In this document: piece by piece, positions 58,710-64,000 of the stretch | Layout: every line of letters starts with the position of its first letter | Position numbering within the stretch: the stretch's first letter is position 1 | Origin: Chloroflexota bacterium | Lineage (GTDB): Bacteria > Chloroflexota > Dehalococcoidia > UBA2979 | Assembly: GCA_003228125.1 (NCBI GenBank) | Contig: QGNP01000003.1 | Location: 14,475-78,474 of the forward strand | Length of the DNA stretch: 64,000 bases | Direction: 5' to 3' | Program-made: the position numbers and the translations under genes | The notes under the pieces: model-generated | The model's database searches: none | Told to the model about the DNA's origin: nothing | Seen by the model: only the letters and a program-made list of their open reading frames with translations

Positions 58710-61700
58710 GTGCAAAAAAAAACAATCTTTGATGACGTTTCAAATAACTTTTTACTTCCTGAAATTGAAGAAGAAATAATCAAAATTTGGCAAAAAAAGA
58801 ATGTGTTTAAAAGAACTATTGACGAAAAAAAAACGTCAAAAAAATTTACTTTTTATGAAGGCCCACCTACTGCCAATGGTATTCCTGGAATACATCATGT
58901 ATTAGCTAGAGTACTCAAAGATCTAATTCTTAGATATAAAACAATGCAAAATTACAAAGTTGAACGTAAGGCAGGATGGGATACACATGGATTGCCCGTG
59001 GAGCTTGAAATTGAAAAACAGCTTGGTCTTACAAATAAAAATGATATTGAAAAATATGGAATAGAAGAATTCAATGCAAAATGCAAAGATTCTGTATTTA
59101 AATATGTTAAAGAATGGGAAAAGCTTACTAACAGAATAGGATATTGGGTAGATATGGACAATCCATACATTACCTATGAAAATAATTACATTGAGTCAGG
59201 ATGGTGGATTTTTAAACAACTATGGGAAAATGACTTAATCTTTAGAGATTTCAGAGTAACCCCTCAGTGTGGAAGATGTGAGACTAGTCTCTCTTCTCAT
59301 GAAATTGCTTTAGGATATAAAGAAAATACAATTGATCCTAGTGTATTTATTAAATTTAAAATCAACATGGATCAAAAGCATTTATTTTTTAAAAAAATTA
59401 ATAAGACTATTCAAGATATTGCAATAGTTGCATGGACAACGACTCCATGGACATTGCCAGCAAACACAGCTTTAGCTATAAATCCAAATGCTTCCTACGC
59501 ATTAATAAAATCAACTAAAGATAGTCATGAAGAATATTTAATAATTGCTGAAGAACTTATTAAAACCATTAGCGAAAAAATAAGTTCAGAGACAGAAACT
59601 ATTTTCATTTTTAAAGGTGAATTATTAGATCAAATAGAATACTTTCCAATTATTAAAATAAATTCATGGGAAAATATAACGACTTTCCAACTTAATAGTG
59701 GAGAAAAAATTGAATCAAAAAAAACTAATGAATATATAGATATAACTCGAAAAATTATTATTGCAGACTTTGTTGGAACGGATGAAGGAACAGGTATTGT
59801 ACACATTGCACCTGCTTTTGGTGATGAAGATTATAAATTGGGACAATTACACAAACTGTATTTTATTCAACATATCGATAGTAAAGGAAATTTCTATGGT
59901 GGGCCATATAAAGGAATGTTTATAAAAAAAGCCGATAAAGAAATAATTAACCATCTAATACACGAAAAGTCCATTCTGTTGAATGAAACAATAAAGCATA
60001 CCTATCCATTTTGTTGGCGTTGCGACGATCCAATCATTTATTATGCAAAGCCTTCTTGGTACATTAAAACAACAGCTGTTAAAAAACTATTGATTCAAGG
60101 AAACAAAGACTACATTAATTGGATTCCAGAACATATCAAATCTGGAAGATTTGGGGAATGGCTAGAAGGTAATATAGACTGGGCTTTTTCTAGAGAAAGA
60201 TATTGGGGCACACCATTGCCATTTTGGGAATGCAACAACTGTGCAAATGTTATTTGCATAGGTTCATTTGAAGAGTTAAAAATTAAAGCAAACTTAGATA
60301 ATGATATTCAAGATCCACATAGGCCCTATATAGACAACATTAAAATAGTGTGTGAAAAATGTAACAAAAACATGCAAAGAGTTTCCGAAGTTGCAGATGC
60401 ATGGTTTGATTCTGGAGCTATGCCATATGCGCAATGGCACTATCCATTTGAAAATCAAGATTCTTTCTTAGAAAATTTTCCTGCTGATTTTATTACGGAA
60501 GGAATGGATCAAACTCGTGGATGGTTTTACACATTGCATGCCCTAGCAACGCTTTTATATAGCATTGGAGCAATTCCAGAACAAATTTCATTTAAAAATT
60601 GCATTTCACATGGAATTATTTTAGACGGTAAAGGTCAAAAAATGTCTAAAAGTCGTGGAAACGCAATAGAGCCTTTTGAAGTTATCGACAAACATGGCGC
60701 CGACGCTATAAGATGGTATATGTACACTTCTTCGCCTCCTGGAAATACAAGAAGATTTTCTAGTGAATTAGTTGAAGAATCCTCACGAAAAACATTTACA
60801 ACTCTATGGAATATTTACAGTTTTTTTGTTACATATGCTAATTTAGCGTCATTTAAAATTAATAAAGAATTACTTACATCGTCAAAAAGAACTGAACTAG
60901 ATAGATGGATACTCTCAGAATTACACCAAACAATTAAAAAAACTTCTACTGGCTTGGATAACTATGAACCTTCAGAAGCTGCACGTCCGATAACACAATT
61001 CATTGACCAACTATCAAATTGGTACATAAGAAGAAACAGAAGAAGGTTTTGGAAAACAGATAACTCAACTGATTCCATCATAGCGATGAATATTTTGTAT
61101 GAATGTTTATTAAAAATAATTCAAATTTCAGCTCCATTTATTCCATTTCTTTCAGAATCAATTTATCAAAATCTTGCTAAATCTCAAAATGAAAAAAAAT
61201 ACGATTCTATCCATCTAACTAGCTGGCCTGTTTTTGAAGAGCAATTAATTGATGAAGAACTCTCGGAAAAATTAAAATTAATCCAAAAAATGATTTCTCT
61301 TGGAAGAAGAACGCGACAGCAATCTTCAATAAAAATAAGACAACCACTTGCAAAAATTATTTTTATTACAAAAAATAAAAAAGAAGAAAAAATACTACAG
61401 GAATCAAGACAAGAAATCATGGAAGAATTGAATGTGAAGAATATAGAAATTAACGATTTTAACTCAAGTTATATAACTTATGCCATCAGTATTAATAAAG
61501 CAATTCTAGGACCAAAAATTGGCAGAGAGGTCAACAAATTAAATGAAGAAATAATGAAAATGGAACCTATTCAAATTTTAGAAGAATTACATTCAACTGG
61601 GCATATAAATCTGAATCATCATGATCTTTCTTTCAAAGATATCAATATTAAAGTAAGCGCCATAGAAAACTATTCAGCTGCTCAGGACTCAGGGTACATC

Positions 61701-62000
61701 GCAATATTAGATCTGCAAATTAGCCAGAAACTTGAATTAGAGGGCGCGGCAAGAGAGTTTATTCGTCATATTCAAAATCAACGACAAAAATCAAATTTTA
61801 ATGTAACTGACAGAATTGAAATTATTTATGAAAATAATAATTTAGTTGAAAAAATATTAAAAGTACATCAAAATTTTATTGCTAATGAAACATTAGCAAC
61901 TGCAATAATTCAAAAAAATATTACGGAAGATTTTTTTGAATTTAAAATAAATGAATCTCTTATTAAACTATGCTTAGTTAATAATAAATTAAATAAATAA
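58710..62000 (+). CDS. ileS: Isoleucine--tRNA ligase (long, type 2 form)
   Basis: 1096 aa with PPTANGIPGIHHV (HIGH), KMSKS, a CP1 editing domain and internal Cys pairs. GTG start. Confidence 0.95.
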   Translation: MQKKTIFDDVSNNFLLPEIEEEIIKIWQKKNVFKRTIDEKKTSKKFTFYEGPPTANGIPGIHHVLARVLKDLILRYKTMQNYKVERKAGWDTHGLPVELEIEKQLGLTNKNDIEKYGIEEFNAKCKDSVFKYVKEWEKLTNRIGYWVDMDNPYITYENNYIESGWWIFKQLWENDLIFRDFRVTPQCGRCETSLSSHEIALGYKENTIDPSVFIKFKINMDQKHLFFKKINKTIQDIAIVAWTTTPWTLPANTALAINPNASYALIKSTKDSHEEYLIIAEELIKTISEKISSETETIFIFKGELLDQIEYFPIIKINSWENITTFQLNSGEKIESKKTNEYIDITRKIIIADFVGTDEGTGIVHIAPAFGDEDYKLGQLHKLYFIQHIDSKGNFYGGPYKGMFIKKADKEIINHLIHEKSILLNETIKHTYPFCWRCDDPIIYYAKPSWYIKTTAVKKLLIQGNKDYINWIPEHIKSGRFGEWLEGNIDWAFSRERYWGTPLPFWECNNCANVICIGSFEELKIKANLDNDIQDPHRPYIDNIKIVCEKCNKNMQRVSEVADAWFDSGAMPYAQWHYPFENQDSFLENFPADFITEGMDQTRGWFYTLHALATLLYSIGAIPEQISFKNCISHGIILDGKGQKMSKSRGNAIEPFEVIDKHGADAIRWYMYTSSPPGNTRRFSSELVEESSRKTFTTLWNIYSFFVTYANLASFKINKELLTSSKRTELDRWILSELHQTIKKTSTGLDNYEPSEAARPITQFIDQLSNWYIRRNRRRFWKTDNSTDSIIAMNILYECLLKIIQISAPFIPFLSESIYQNLAKSQNEKKYDSIHLTSWPVFEEQLIDEELSEKLKLIQKMISLGRRTRQQSSIKIRQPLAKIIFITKNKKEEKILQESRQEIMEELNVKNIEINDFNSSYITYAISINKAILGPKIGREVNKLNEEIMKMEPIQILEELHSTGHINLNHHDLSFKDINIKVSAIENYSAAQDSGYIAILDLQISQKLELEGAAREFIRHIQNQRQKSNFNVTDRIEIIYENNNLVEKILKVHQNFIANETLATAIIQKNITEDFFEFKINESLIKLCLVNNKLNK

Positions 62001-62001
62001 A

Positions 62002-62817
62002 ATGAATAATAAGCAGCACTCGTCCAAAGAACAACATAAGAGGATAGTAATCAAAGTTGGTACTAATCTTTTGACAACAAAACAAAGACAATTTGATTCA
62101 AAAAAAATTAAACTTATCTCTAATCAAATTATTAAATTAAAACAATTAAATAAAGAAATTGTACTTGTAAGTTCTGGCGCCATTACCTTAGGCAAAGGAA
62201 AGATTAAATATAAAGATACAATTACTAGCATAGAAATAAAACAGGCAACTGCTGCAATAGGTCAAAGCTTTCTGATAACAGAGTGGAATAACGCATTTAA
62301 AGAATCTGGAATCATTACTGCGCAGGCTCTATTGACTAGGCTAGATTTAACTAATCAAATTAGTTCGGTAAATGTCAGAAATACATTATTAAAACTATTA
62401 GAACTGAATACTGTGCCAATTATAAATGAAAATGATGTAGTTTCTACTGAAGAAATCGAAAGCTCTACAATCGGAGACAATGATAACTTGTCAGCATTTG
62501 TAGCAAAATTAATTGATGCAGACTTACTAATTATTTTAACAGATCAAGATGGATTGTTTGATAAAAATCCTACTCATGTAAAAAATGCTAAACTAATAAA
62601 AAAAATTACAAAAATAGATCAGCAAATTAAAAATTTTGCACAAGGCTCATCAAGTATAAATGGAACTGGAGGCATGATAACCAAAGTAGAAGCAGCAGAA
62701 ATAGCTACTAATAATGGTATAGATGTCATAATTGCAAATGGCAATATTCCAAATATTATAGATAAAGTATTAAGTAATGCACCAATAGGAACCCATTTTT
62801 TAGCAAAAAAAATATAA
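62002..62817 (+). CDS. proB: Glutamate 5-kinase (short form without a PUA domain)
   Basis: Contains IVIKVGTNLL, SSGAI and GDNDNLSA. Length 271 aa. Confidence 0.85.
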   Translation: MNNKQHSSKEQHKRIVIKVGTNLLTTKQRQFDSKKIKLISNQIIKLKQLNKEIVLVSSGAITLGKGKIKYKDTITSIEIKQATAAIGQSFLITEWNNAFKESGIITAQALLTRLDLTNQISSVNVRNTLLKLLELNTVPIINENDVVSTEEIESSTIGDNDNLSAFVAKLIDADLLIILTDQDGLFDKNPTHVKNAKLIKKITKIDQQIKNFAQGSSSINGTGGMITKVEAAEIATNNGIDVIIANGNIPNIIDKVLSNAPIGTHFLAKKI

Positions 62818-62850
62818 ACTATTAATACAAAAAAATACGTGGAGAATACT

Positions 62851-64000
62851 ATGAAAAGAATTGCAAAACCAAATGAACTGATTTCCAAAGCTATTGCTGC
62901 AAAAGAAGCAAGTTTAATATTATCAAATACAGACACAAAGCAAAAAAATTATGCACTATCTATTGCAGCAAAGAATATCTATAAAAATAGAAAAAATATT
63001 ATAAAAATAAATAAAAGAGAAATAGCACGAGCAAAAAAAAATAAAATTAATAGCTCATTTATAGACCGGATGTTTTTAGATGAAAAAAGAATCAAAGATA
63101 TTTCTAATGGATTACAAGAAATAATACTCCTTGACGATCCTATTGGTTCAATGGAAGAAGTTAAAATTCGCCCAAACGGCATGCAGGTTGGTAAAAGAAG
63201 AGTGCCAATAGGAGTAATAGGTGCAATTTTTGAATCAAGGCCCAACGTAACTATAGAGATAGCATCATTATGCTTAAAATCTGGCAACTCAGTAATTATG
63301 AGATCTGGTTCAGACGCTCATGAAAGTTCTAAAATATTAGCAGAAATATTTATAAAAAGTATGCAAGAAGCAGGTTTGCCATCTGCTGCAATAGGATTCA
63401 TTAATAATACAGATAGAAAAATAATTGAAAAAATGCTTAAGCTATCAAATTATATTGATTTAATAATACCTAGAGGTGGTGCGGAACTCATTAATTTAGT
63501 GAAAAAAAAATCTCAAATTCCTGTTGTAGCAGGTGGCATCGGAGTATGCCATACATATGTTGATAAGGATGCCGATCTTAATATTGCATTAAATATCGTT
63601 GAAAATGCAAAAATTAGACGTCCTTCAGTATGTAATACACTTGATACAATTTTAGTACATGAAGATATTGCACACTTATTTCTTAAAGAAATACAAAAAA
63701 GATTTAAGAAAAATGGCGTAACAATGCATGTAGATAAAAAAGCAAATAAAATTATTACTGCTGATAAACTAGTTACAAAAATTAAACCAGGTGATTATGC
63801 TCGTGAATGGTTATCTCTTGACTGCTCAATCAAAATTGTTTCATCAATTAATGAAGCTATAGAGCATATTAACAACATTGGTAGCGGGCATTCAGAAGCA
63901 ATTGCTACATCATCATACAGTGCAGCTAACCAATTTCAAAACAAAATTGATGCAGCATCTGTTTTTGTTAATGTCTCTACTGGATTTGCTGATGGAGCTG
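62851..64000 (+). CDS. proA: Gamma-glutamyl phosphate reductase, 3'-truncated by the window edge
   Basis: Not in the ORF track because it is open-ended. Hand translation from the ATG at 62851 (GGAGAA SD) gives ...VPIGVIGAIFESRPNVT...IIPRGG...VCNTLDTILVH...GSGHSEAI. The frame is open to the window end. Confidence 0.9.
   Translation, partial: MKRIAKPNELISKAIAAKEASLILSNTDTKQKNYALSIAAKNIYKNRKNIIKINKREIARAKKNKINSSFIDRMFLDEKRIKDISNGLQEIILLDDPIGSMEEVKIRPNGMQVGKRRVPIGVIGAIFESRPNVTIEIASLCLKSGNSVIMRSGSDAHESSKILAEIFIKSMQEAGLPSAAIGFINNTDRKIIEKMLKLSNYIDLIIPRGGAELINLVKKKSQIPVVAGGIGVCHTYVDKDADLNIALNIVENAKIRRPSVCNTLDTILVHEDIAHLFLKEIQKRFKKNGVTMHVDKKANKIITADKLVTKIKPGDYAREWLSLDCSIKIVSSINEAIEHINNIGSGHSEAIATSSYSAANQFQNKIDAASVFVNVSTGFADGA

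Overview
The window is a visibly A+T-rich (about 30% G+C by eye, not computed), very gene-dense stretch of bacterial chromosome. It holds about 66 protein genes, one tRNA, and no intergenic gap longer than about 150 nt. I found no transposases, integrases, phage genes, CRISPR arrays, rRNA or long non-coding regions, so this is core housekeeping DNA, not an accessory island. Main blocks are: VKOR plus a DsbA-like oxidoreductase; dnaJ-hspR-clpC; secA; prs; an OmpR-type regulator followed by two glutamine synthetases; an 11-gene nuoABCDHIJKLMN operon with no nuoEFG; valS; bioY; rpmH-rnpA-yidD-yidC-jag-parA-parB; holB; lysA; groES-groEL downstream of tsaD; moaA/moaC; rdgB; an archaeal-type FBP aldolase/phosphatase; folC; scpB; rpsT; murJ; ileS; and proB-proA. 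Several adjacencies (VKOR-DsbA, dnaJ-hspR, tsaD-groES-groEL, rpmH...parAB) resemble Actinomycetota gene order, which suggests a streamlined low-GC marine lineage. That is inference only and needs a database search. I see no convincing novel multi-gene system. The most notable observations are: (1) a ClpC-type chaperone gene broken by a single in-frame TAA; (2) a perfect parS palindrome inside the yidD coding tail; (3) an orphan OmpR-family regulator with a degenerate receiver, next to a 40-bp TTATAA palindromic array on the glnA promoter; (4) a 668-aa membrane protein with a degenerate PPM-like N-domain and a repeat-built C-terminal domain; (5) convergent genes that abut or overlap and leave no room for terminators.
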